Positions 36,716 through 44,940 of a DNA stretch of 57,474 nt are shown piece by piece. Within the stretch, counting starts at the first letter, position 1, and each line of letters starts with the position of its first letter. Source of the DNA: Candidatus Omnitrophota bacterium. GTDB lineage: Bacteria; Omnitrophota; Gorgyraeia; JABMRJ01. Where the stretch lies: assembly GCA_013202745.1 (NCBI GenBank), contig JABMRJ010000030.1:1-57474 (forward strand), read 5' to 3'. Both the position numbers and the translations under genes were made by a program. The notes under the pieces were generated by a model. That model did no database searches. It was not told the origin of the DNA and worked only from the letters and a program-made list of their open reading frames with translations.

Positions 36716-37881
36716 CTTATATTGTAAAATTCCTTTTTTAACAACAGCCCCTTTACTGTCTTTATTATCTTTGCTATTCTTTTTGAAGCGCTTCCATCCC
36801 CGTATGGGCTCTTTATTCTCTTTAAGGTTTTCTGGAATTCCGGCGTATAGAGTTTTCTAATGGCCTTTTTTATATCTTCCTTACGGGGGCTGCAATCGAT
36901 AATACTCTCTGTCCTGATCCTCCCCTTTTGCCTATCGCCTATATTGACCGTGCCTATCTTAAAGCTTGGGGCCTCAATGATACCGCTCGATGAGTTTCCA
37001 ACAACTGCATCGACAAACTGCATTGTTGAAAGGTACTTTCGCTGCCCCATGGAGATAAATGCCTTTGATTTATACGGCCTCTTTGCAACATACTTATCTA
37101 TCATCTTATTTATTATCCTGCCCTCTGTATCAGCGTTTGCCATCGTAAATATTATATGTGTACCTTTAAGTGAATCCAACACATTAAGCAGGTTCCCAAA
37201 CTGCTTTTTCGATGTCCCCTTTTCAAGAGTAACAGGATGGAACGTAACAAGCAGATTGCGTTTTGCAAATTTAAAACTTAATTCCTTTTCCAGATCTTTT
37301 TTGGATAAAAACTTCATCCTTTTTATACTATCCAGCCCTGTTGCCCCTACGTTAAATACCCTGTCAGGCTGCTCGCCCAGCTGTATCACTCTCTTTCTGT
37401 ATTCGTCCGTAGATGTAAAATGGAGATGGCTCATCTTTGTTATGGAATGCCTGATCGCCTCATCTATCACGCCAAAGGTCGCCTCGCCCCCGTTTATGTG
37501 TGCTATAGGTATTCTCCATATCATAGCAGCGGTTGCGGCTGAAAAGGCCTCAAACCTATCGCCCAAAATCACTACCATGTCTGGTTTTAACTTCACAAAA
37601 GCCTTACTCAATTTTAAAATAGCAGAAGAGACAGACCTATTTATGCCCACAGGCGTATCATCCTCTAGAAAAATTTTTACTTTTTCGTCTATCTTAAGCC
37701 CGTCCCTTTCGATCTCCTTATATGTTGACCCGAACTCAGGTAAAAGATGCATGGCAGAAGCTACTATCTGGAGCTTAAATGCCTTATCCTTCCTTACCTC
37801 TTCCATAAGCGGTCTTAAAAGGCCGTATTCGGCCCTTGTACCCGTAAAGACGCAGATCTTTTTCTTACTTTTTTTAGTCAT
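36703..37881 (-). CDS. UDP/GDP-N-acetylglucosamine 2-epimerase (hydrolysing), NeuC/LegG-like
   Basis: ..KKICVFTGTRAEYGLLRPLMEEV.., ..IAHINGGEATFGVIDEAIRHSITKMSHLHF.. Confidence 0.9.
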   Translation of the reverse strand: MTKKSKKKICVFTGTRAEYGLLRPLMEEVRKDKAFKLQIVASAMHLLPEFGSTYKEIERDGLKIDEKVKIFLEDDTPVGINRSVSSAILKLSKAFVKLKPDMVVILGDRFEAFSAATAAMIWRIPIAHINGGEATFGVIDEAIRHSITKMSHLHFTSTDEYRKRVIQLGEQPDRVFNVGATGLDSIKRMKFLSKKDLEKELSFKFAKRNLLVTFHPVTLEKGTSKKQFGNLLNVLDSLKGTHIIFTMANADTEGRIINKMIDKYVAKRPYKSKAFISMGQRKYLSTMQFVDAVVGNSSSGIIEAPSFKIGTVNIGDRQKGRIRTESIIDCSPRKEDIKKAIRKLYTPEFQKTLKRIKSPYGDGSASKRIAKIIKTVKGLLLKKEFYNIRWRI

Positions 37882-37883
37882 AG

Positions 37884-38555
37884 TTATTTAGACAACTCCT
37901 TTAAAACCATGAAGCTCTCTGCATATTTAAAACCAGCTGTTGCGCCCCTGAAGGTTGCGAGAGTTTTTATGTTTTTTACGCTTCTTGGAAACGGGTGTCT
38001 TCCTATCTCATTCTTAAAGATCTTCATGATCTCGATCTTTTTCGCTATAAATTCGCTTATATCCACAAAATAATTCGGCACAAATACAGAATCTTTCGTG
38101 GGAGGTGCAAATTCTGTTTCGCTTATCGTCTCCATCATCAAAACCTTGTTCAGGAATGGATAGCGGAACGTCTTTGTGCAGCTGTATGCGGCCTCGAAGA
38201 TTACTTTGTGATCACTGTGAACATCTCCGTTAAACGGCAGATAAAGTATATTCGGTTTAATGGCCTTGAATACTGTTGATATACTCTTAACCATCTCTTG
38301 CTTCGGAAACTCCTTCACCTGTGTCGTAGGAATATCAAGCATCTTAACGGCCTCAAATCCATACATGTTTGCAACAGACTTTATCTCCTTATCCCTTCTG
38401 GCTATCTCATCCTTCTTAAAGCCCTGCTCGCTTTTTATGCTCGTGGCAATAAGCCAGTATATCTTATCGCCTTTCTTTTTATGCTTTAGAAGGGAGCCTC
38501 CGCAGCCTAGGGTCTCATCATCCGGGTGGACAGCAAGGATCAGTACCTTATTCAT
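37884..38555 (-). CDS. PIG-L/LmbE-family N-deacetylase
   Basis: ..VLILAVHPDDETLGCGGSLLKH.. and ..GDVHSDHKV... Clear paralog of the 47844-48542 product. Confidence 0.85.
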   Translation of the reverse strand: MNKVLILAVHPDDETLGCGGSLLKHKKKGDKIYWLIATSIKSEQGFKKDEIARRDKEIKSVANMYGFEAVKMLDIPTTQVKEFPKQEMVKSISTVFKAIKPNILYLPFNGDVHSDHKVIFEAAYSCTKTFRYPFLNKVLMMETISETEFAPPTKDSVFVPNYFVDISEFIAKKIEIMKIFKNEIGRHPFPRSVKNIKTLATFRGATAGFKYAESFMVLKELSK

Positions 38556-39436
38556 TATAGACGGTCTCCTTTTCTTGGTAATTTTGCAAAATCATGTTCT
38601 GTAAGTAAGATTGCATTGTCGCCGCATTTAACCAATATATTGCCTTCGGCCGCATCGAGAACTTTGCCGCAATCAATCTCTTTTGAATTTACCATTACCT
38701 CCTTTGCAGCCCAGACCTTTATTCCTTTACCTTTATATGAAACATGCGCACCTACATAAGGCCTTGTGAGGGCCCTTATAAGGTTATACACTGTCCTGCT
38801 GTCAGCCCTGAAGTCGATCTCGCCATCCTTCTCTACTCTCTTCCTCCAATAACCCGATCTTGCAGGATCCTGCGGAATCCTATTAAATGTTCCGTCTTTC
38901 AGCTTCGGCAGGAAATCCTCTATCTGCTCCAGGGCTCTCTTTGTAACCCTATCACAAAGAGACCTCGCATTATCACTATAATCTATTAAAACCTCTGCCT
39001 GGCTCAATATATCACCATCGTCAAGGCCTTTCTTAATAAAGAAGAAGGTCGAAGCGGTCTTATCCAATCCTTTCGCGAGGGCCCATATAAGCGGGTGCCT
39101 CCCTCTGTTTTCCGGCAGCCTGGCAGGATGGTATCCTATTACACCCATAGGGGCGATTTGCAATACTTCCTCTTTTAACAGATGTGAAAACCCGAAACAG
39201 AACATAATATCAGGCGCTATCCGCCTCATCCAATCTATGTTTTCTTTTGAATTGATATCTTCTACATGCTTATAAGGAATATCCTTCTCGGTACAGACTG
39301 GAGCAAGGTCGGCAAAATCTGCATTTATGCCTGCGTCTTTTTTAGTAACAACACCTGCTATATCTGCATTCAGCTTTATCAGCTTTAAAAGTGCCTTTTT
39401 GCTGAACTCAACAGAACCTATAAATAGAATCCTCAT
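38555..39436 (-). CDS. Formyltransferase-fold protein with C-terminal Fmt-like domain; catalytic Asn position replaced
   Basis: ..MGVIGYHPARLPENRGRHPLIWAL..FFFIKKGLDDGDIL... His and Asp are kept. The residue two before His is Gly rather than Asn. Confidence 0.7.
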   Translation of the reverse strand: MRILFIGSVEFSKKALLKLIKLNADIAGVVTKKDAGINADFADLAPVCTEKDIPYKHVEDINSKENIDWMRRIAPDIMFCFGFSHLLKEEVLQIAPMGVIGYHPARLPENRGRHPLIWALAKGLDKTASTFFFIKKGLDDGDILSQAEVLIDYSDNARSLCDRVTKRALEQIEDFLPKLKDGTFNRIPQDPARSGYWRKRVEKDGEIDFRADSRTVYNLIRALTRPYVGAHVSYKGKGIKVWAAKEVMVNSKEIDCGKVLDAAEGNILVKCGDNAILLTEHDFAKLPRKGDRL

Positions 39437-40434
39437 AGCTCTATTTGCTCATCCTTCTTAAAGTCTTTCTTTGCCGCTCTACCTATTACATCGGGCCACC
39501 TTAGGGGGCTTATACCTGTACCTGGTCTCTTTGCCCCAATATTCCTGTCGCTAAACAATTCCCCCTCCTTAATATCGCGCTCGGCAACTATGCTCTTGCG
39601 TACTACAGGGATATTCCTAAGCTCGGAAGCGCTTGGCCTTTTTATGCCACTGCCAAGCCCTTTTTCCACGGCCCTAATCGCAGAGACCATCTCTTTTAGT
39701 TCATTCGGCTCCAGAGAGGCGCGATGGTCCGGGCCGGCCATCCCTCTATCAAGGGTAAAGTGTTTCTCGATAACAGTTGCCCCTAATGCTGCTGCAGCAA
39801 TCGGTAAGGCAATTCCCGGCGTATGGTCTGAATAACCAACCTCTACATTAAGTTTATCTCTTATAGTAATCATTGCCGATAGATTGGCATCTTCAAATGG
39901 TGTCGGATATTCTGTATTACAGTGCAGGACGGTTATATCATCCTTATGCAATCCTGCCCCCTTTAATATATCAAGTGCCTTTGCCACCTCTCTTAACTCC
40001 GACATACCGGTAGATAGTATAACCTTCTTATTCAAGGATCCTATTCTTTTAAGAAAAGGGAAATTCGTTATCTCGCCGGATGGTATTTTGTATATCTTCA
40101 AGCCCAGCTCTTCGAGCCGCTCTACGCTCTCTATGTCAAATGGGCTCGACAAGAATAATATGCCCTTCTTGGTGCAATAATTCATAAGTTCCCTATGGGC
40201 ATCTATATCCAATTCCAGCCTCTTTAACATATCGAGGTGTGACTCCCTGCCGTTTGTGCTTCTTTTTTGATATTCCGCCTTAGAGGCAAAACGGCTTACT
40301 ATCCTTTCTGCTCTGAAGGTTTGAAACTTTACGGCGTCTGCCCCGGCATCATAAGCAGCATTTACCATCCGCATGGCTATTCCCAGATCTCCGTTATGAT
40401 TAACGCCTGCCTCTGCTATTATAAAGATACTCAT
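39433..40434 (-). CDS. N-acetylneuraminate-type (NulO) synthase, NeuB/LegI-like, with C-terminal SAF domain
   Basis: ..MSIFIIAEAGVNHNGDLGIAMRMVNAAYDAGADAVKFQTF.. and a C-terminal ..RKSIVAERDIKEGELFSDRNIGAKRPG.. Confidence 0.9.
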   Translation of the reverse strand: MSIFIIAEAGVNHNGDLGIAMRMVNAAYDAGADAVKFQTFRAERIVSRFASKAEYQKRSTNGRESHLDMLKRLELDIDAHRELMNYCTKKGILFLSSPFDIESVERLEELGLKIYKIPSGEITNFPFLKRIGSLNKKVILSTGMSELREVAKALDILKGAGLHKDDITVLHCNTEYPTPFEDANLSAMITIRDKLNVEVGYSDHTPGIALPIAAAALGATVIEKHFTLDRGMAGPDHRASLEPNELKEMVSAIRAVEKGLGSGIKRPSASELRNIPVVRKSIVAERDIKEGELFSDRNIGAKRPGTGISPLRWPDVIGRAAKKDFKKDEQIEL

Positions 40435-40437
40435 ACA

Positions 40438-42864
40438 TTACTTTCCTTTAAAGATTAGATAGTTCCCCATCACAAGACAATCCAGGCCGCATGAAAAGAA
40501 TGTCCGCACTGCATCCTGGGGTGAGCAGACTATCGGTTCGCCATTTATATTAAAAGAGGTATTCAAGACCACAGGGATACCCATCACCCTGTTAAATTCC
40601 GATATCAATCCGTAGAAACTCGGATTCATCTCTTCCGAAACGGTCTGGAGCCTTCCCGTCCCGTCAATGTGTACAACCGCCGGAATAAGCCCTTTCTTAT
40701 CTTTTTTGACCTTGCAGACCTTCTCCATAAAAGGCACGCTGTTGCCTCCGGATGTCTCAAAATAATCTTTTGTATACTTCTCCAATACCGAAGGTGCAAA
40801 AGGACGGAAGGTCTCTCTATACTTAACCGCCTTGTTTACGATATCTTTAGTCTTTACCTGGCGCGGATCTGCCAGGATGGAACGGTTACCAAGCGCCCTT
40901 TGGCCAAACTCCATACTCCCCTGGAACCAGCCTATAAGCATGCCTTCTGAGATAAGTCTTGCCGTTATCTTCTCGATATCCTTATGGAAGGTATATTTAA
41001 GCTTATGTTTATCGAGGACCTCCTTAATCTCTTTGTTAGAAAATTCCGGACCCCAATAATTGTGCTGCTGGAAATGGCGTTTTTTATGGCCGAGTATGCA
41101 ATTGTATAAATAGAGCGCTCCTCCTATAGAAGTACCGCTGTCGTCTGGGCACGAAGAGATGAAGAGCTCTTTAAAGGGCGTCAAGTCCAGCAGTTTCCCG
41201 TTAAATACGGAGTTCATAGCGCATCCTCCGGAAAGAACGAGTTTGCTGCATCCGGTCGCGGCATGGAGGTGATTCAGCATATGGACGGCTATCTCTTCGA
41301 ATATTTGCTGTGCAGCAACCGCTATCTGCGTATGCCTATCACTTATCTTGCTATCCTTTTCCCTTGCCGGCCCTAAAAGTTCTATGAGCTTTTCAGTATA
41401 CATCGTATGCTGCCTGTCAAAGAGATAGAAGGTAAAATATGATAGGTCAAGCTCAAAGGTGCCGTCCTTCTTCAATGTTATGATACTCTTAAGCTTCCTA
41501 TAATATTTATTGTCTCGCTTGCCATAAGAGGCCAATGCCATGACCTTCCACTCATCGGAATCAGGCCTGAATCCCAGGTATTCGGTAATGGCCCCGTAGA
41601 ATAACCCGAGTGAATGCGGCATCATAACAGATTGAATCTTTTTTATGCTATTACCTTTCCCTTTCGCAAATAGACATGTTTCATTTTCACCCCTCCCATC
41701 CATCGTAAGTATTGCAGCCTTCTCAAATGGAGAGAGTAAAAATGCATTTGCGGTATGCGCATCATGGTGATTAATAAAAAAGAGGGAGAGATCCTTGCCA
41801 TTCAGGGAGATCTTCTGTTCTATGTGCTTAGGATCTGAGCTGTAGAACTGGTTCAAGAGACAGCTTGGTGTTGAATATAGATATTCACCGCGCCATCTAA
41901 TAGGTTTCGAATATCTCATACTTGCCGATTTTATATGTAATGCCGGATTCCACGACATGACGATGTAGTCAATGTCATTAATCGTTATCCCTGCTCTATC
42001 AAGACAATAAGCTATCGCTTTATTAGGAAATGCGTTAGACATCTTCTGTCTGTCGAATCTCTCTTCCGGAGCCGCAGCAATAATCTTACCGTCTTCTATC
42101 AGGGCCGCTGAAGAAATCCAGATATCCGGGCTTATACCGAGTATTCTCACGCCATAACCTCTTTTTTTAGAGGTTAACTGTTTCTTTCTAGTTACCCTGT
42201 TATCGGGATCATGCTCAAATCTATAACCGCTCAGATCGATATAGGCACCAGGCATATCAGGATAAGTGGATGCCTTTATCCTTTTGGCTATCTCTTTTTT
42301 TGACATCCTGGGGCTTATTTTGCATAATGCCTCTAAATCATTACGCTTATAAGGCTTTCTCTTCCACTTTTCAGTGCAATGCGGAAGTTCTTTTCTATCC
42401 AAAACAAAATTCATAACATCTAAGAATGCCGAAAACATTTCGTCGTAGCTTTTCATGCTCAGGTTATATATCGAATCGGATTCCAGCAGACGAAACCTCT
42501 TTACCGATATTATCTTGCCCGTATCAACCTTTTTGTCCATGATATGGGCTGTAACACCATAGGTCTTTTCGTTGTTGTAGACGGCAAAATTAAAACAACC
42601 TATACCAGGATACTCCGGAGGGCCGGGATGGAAATTGATATTCCAGAGCTTTGTCCTCTTTAGAATCTTACTGGGAATTATCCATGGTGATAGATAGGAT
42701 ATTATTATATCTGGAGATTCATTATAAGGTTGCTTTGGAAAAGGATCCTTCACCCCTCCCGGATATATAGTTAATTTCTCTGAATGCCTCTTTAAGTACT
42801 CTATTACCTCTTTTACTGTATACTTTTCGGGTTTTGTGAATAATGTGACTTTCATCTTAAACAT
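40438..42864 (-). CDS. Fusion protein: N-terminal formyltransferase-fold domain plus NodU/CmcH-family carbamoyltransferase
   Basis: Residues about 1-230 contain ..LWNINFHPGPPEYPGIG..GVTAHIMDKKVDTGKII... The remaining roughly 570 aa contain ..ILGISPDIWISSAALIEDGKIIAAAPEERFDRQK.., ..FFINHHDAHTANAF.., ..LNTSFNINGEPIV.. (carbamoyltransferase N and C domains). Confidence 0.8.
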   Translation of the reverse strand: MFKMKVTLFTKPEKYTVKEVIEYLKRHSEKLTIYPGGVKDPFPKQPYNESPDIIISYLSPWIIPSKILKRTKLWNINFHPGPPEYPGIGCFNFAVYNNEKTYGVTAHIMDKKVDTGKIISVKRFRLLESDSIYNLSMKSYDEMFSAFLDVMNFVLDRKELPHCTEKWKRKPYKRNDLEALCKISPRMSKKEIAKRIKASTYPDMPGAYIDLSGYRFEHDPDNRVTRKKQLTSKKRGYGVRILGISPDIWISSAALIEDGKIIAAAPEERFDRQKMSNAFPNKAIAYCLDRAGITINDIDYIVMSWNPALHIKSASMRYSKPIRWRGEYLYSTPSCLLNQFYSSDPKHIEQKISLNGKDLSLFFINHHDAHTANAFLLSPFEKAAILTMDGRGENETCLFAKGKGNSIKKIQSVMMPHSLGLFYGAITEYLGFRPDSDEWKVMALASYGKRDNKYYRKLKSIITLKKDGTFELDLSYFTFYLFDRQHTMYTEKLIELLGPAREKDSKISDRHTQIAVAAQQIFEEIAVHMLNHLHAATGCSKLVLSGGCAMNSVFNGKLLDLTPFKELFISSCPDDSGTSIGGALYLYNCILGHKKRHFQQHNYWGPEFSNKEIKEVLDKHKLKYTFHKDIEKITARLISEGMLIGWFQGSMEFGQRALGNRSILADPRQVKTKDIVNKAVKYRETFRPFAPSVLEKYTKDYFETSGGNSVPFMEKVCKVKKDKKGLIPAVVHIDGTGRLQTVSEEMNPSFYGLISEFNRVMGIPVVLNTSFNINGEPIVCSPQDAVRTFFSCGLDCLVMGNYLIFKGK

Positions 42865-43949
42865 CCTTTCAAGATTTTACAAGCAGAATATATATCATCT
42901 TCTGAGTTTAATGTTGAACATGGCAGGCACAGCCCTCTTTCGTAAATTCTATATGAGTTTTTATAATCATGGTTTTTGTACCTTTTGTATGGCGGAAATT
43001 CGACTATCGGCATAAAGATTCTTCTCGTAGTAACACCCTTATTTTTAAGGTTGCTCTGGAGTAAAGGTATATCGATATCTTTAAGCAATATGCATACAAG
43101 CCAGTAAGAGCTATTTGCGTTAGTGAGTGTTTCCTGGAAAGATATCTTCTTTATACTTTTTAATTCATTCCGGTATATCTCATTAAATCTTTCTTTCTTC
43201 TTCAGAAATCCTTCCAGTCTCTTTAGCTGGGCCAATCCGAGCGCTGCTTCTATATTTGTCATCCTGTCATTAAAACCTATCTCAGGGTGGTAGGACTCAT
43301 TCGATCTATCCTTTGCCTGATTGGCCAAAAACTTTATGTGCTCTAATTTCTTCGGGCTATTCCCAACAATCATCCCGCCGCCGCCGGTGGTAATAACCTT
43401 ATTTCCATTAAAACTGAAACACCCGAAGTCTCCCAATGTCCCTGTATAATTACCATTATATTTTGCGCCCAGGCTCTCTGCGGCATCTTCAATCACATAT
43501 ATATTATGTTTCTTTGCAATCCGCAGGATCTGATCCATGTTGCAGGGGTTTCCATAAAGGTGGACCGCTATTATCACCTTTGTCTTGTCTGTTATGGCCT
43601 TTTCTACGGCAGCTGCATCTATATTCCATGTCACGGGGTCGATATCTACAAATACGGGCTTTGCATTGACATATAAGACCGGGTTTATACTGGCGATAAA
43701 TGTCAGGGCAGGCACGATTACTTCATCCCCTTTACCTACACCCAGCTCGTGTAAAACCATATGTATAGCCGTGGTTCCGCTTTGCGTGGAGACGGCCTTC
43801 TTTACCCCGAGGAGTTTGGCAAATTCCGCTTCAAATTCTGCTACAAACGGCCCGACGCTCGAAACATAGCCGCTATCTATAGCGTTATTCAGATATTTTT
43901 TTTCCAACTCCCCTACATTCGGCGCGTCCAGAAAGATTTTTTTATACAT
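42852..43949 (-). CDS. DegT/DnrJ/EryC1-family PLP aminotransferase (LegC-like)
   Basis: ..SGTTAIHMVL.., ..VIEDAAESLGA.., ..FSFNGNKVITTGGGGMI.. (PLP Lys). Confidence 0.85.
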   Translation of the reverse strand: MYKKIFLDAPNVGELEKKYLNNAIDSGYVSSVGPFVAEFEAEFAKLLGVKKAVSTQSGTTAIHMVLHELGVGKGDEVIVPALTFIASINPVLYVNAKPVFVDIDPVTWNIDAAAVEKAITDKTKVIIAVHLYGNPCNMDQILRIAKKHNIYVIEDAAESLGAKYNGNYTGTLGDFGCFSFNGNKVITTGGGGMIVGNSPKKLEHIKFLANQAKDRSNESYHPEIGFNDRMTNIEAALGLAQLKRLEGFLKKKERFNEIYRNELKSIKKISFQETLTNANSSYWLVCILLKDIDIPLLQSNLKNKGVTTRRIFMPIVEFPPYKRYKNHDYKNSYRIYERGLCLPCSTLNSEDDIYSACKILKGCLR

Positions 43950-44940
43950 TGTATATACCCGGTTTATAAATTTTCATGTTGTCTTTATTCCTAAACCACT
44001 CTATAGTTTCATCTATGCCTTTGTCAAGTGAGTATCTCGGCTTCCAACCTGTCAACTCTGTAATCTTTTTGTTGCTTCCCAAAAGTTCCATTACCTCGGA
44101 CTTTTCCGGCCTTATTCTTGCATTATCACATATTATCTTTGCCCCGGGGTTTATCTTCCCTATAATCTTCTTCCCCAGCTCTCCTATTGTAACTTTTTCA
44201 CTGCTTGCAATATTGATCTCTTCGCCTATAGTATTGTCAGAACTTGCAATGGCTATGAAAGCATCGCACACATCTTTTACGAAATTAAAATCTCTGGCAG
44301 GCTCCAAATGACCAAGCTTTAACTCCCTGCCGCCGTTTAATAATTGCGTAATGATCGTAGGTATAACCGCCCTTGCAGACTGCCTGGGGCCGTAGGTATT
44401 GAACGGCCTGACTATAGTAACGGGTGCATTAAATGACCTGTAAAATGACTCTGCTATTTTATCCGCACCTATCTTTGTCGCGCTATATGGCGACTGCCCC
44501 TGCAGGGGGTGTGTCTCTTCTATGGGTATGCTTACTGCAGTACCATAGACCTCAGATGTGGAAGTCATAAACAACCTCCCTGCATTAAGGTCTATACCTG
44601 CCTGAAGTATGTTCAATGCGCCTTTTATATTCGTATCTACATAAGAATCGGGTGCATGGTAAGAGAATGGTATGCCGACAAGCGCCGCTAGATGAAAAAC
44701 TGCGTCAACGCCCTTCATGGCCTTTCTCACGCTATTTGAGTCCCGCACATCTCCGGGAAATACCTCGATTTTTTCTATTTTTTCACGGCTGAATCCATCG
44801 AGCCAGCCCCAGGAGTTAAATGAATTATAGAAAACAAATGCCCTGACCCTGCAGCCCTCATCCAGCAAGCGTTCAACGAGATGGCTTCCTATGAATCCGT
44901 CTGCGCCCGTTACAAGAACCTTCTTATTTTTTAGATTCAT
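43942..44940 (-). CDS. NAD-dependent nucleotide-sugar 4,6-dehydratase (LegB-like SDR)
   Basis: ..KVLVTGADGFIGSHLVERLL.., ..FYNSFNSWGWLD.., catalytic ..SPYSATKIGADK.. Confidence 0.8.
   Translation of the reverse strand: MNLKNKKVLVTGADGFIGSHLVERLLDEGCRVRAFVFYNSFNSWGWLDGFSREKIEKIEVFPGDVRDSNSVRKAMKGVDAVFHLAALVGIPFSYHAPDSYVDTNIKGALNILQAGIDLNAGRLFMTSTSEVYGTAVSIPIEETHPLQGQSPYSATKIGADKIAESFYRSFNAPVTIVRPFNTYGPRQSARAVIPTIITQLLNGGRELKLGHLEPARDFNFVKDVCDAFIAIASSDNTIGEEINIASSEKVTIGELGKKIIGKINPGAKIICDNARIRPEKSEVMELLGSNKKITELTGWKPRYSLDKGIDETIEWFRNKDNMKIYKPGIYNV

Noticed and set aside
36860-37891. A 343-aa open reading frame on the plus strand, unusually long for a shadow ORF.
   Set aside because: It is entirely antisense to the NeuC/LegG-like gene, whose product has unmistakable family motifs (..FTGTRAEYGLL.., ..HINGGE..). 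The plus-strand translation is low-complexity (Ser/Leu/Ile/Phe-rich) with no recognisable domain, as expected for the antisense frame of a codon-biased AT-rich gene.
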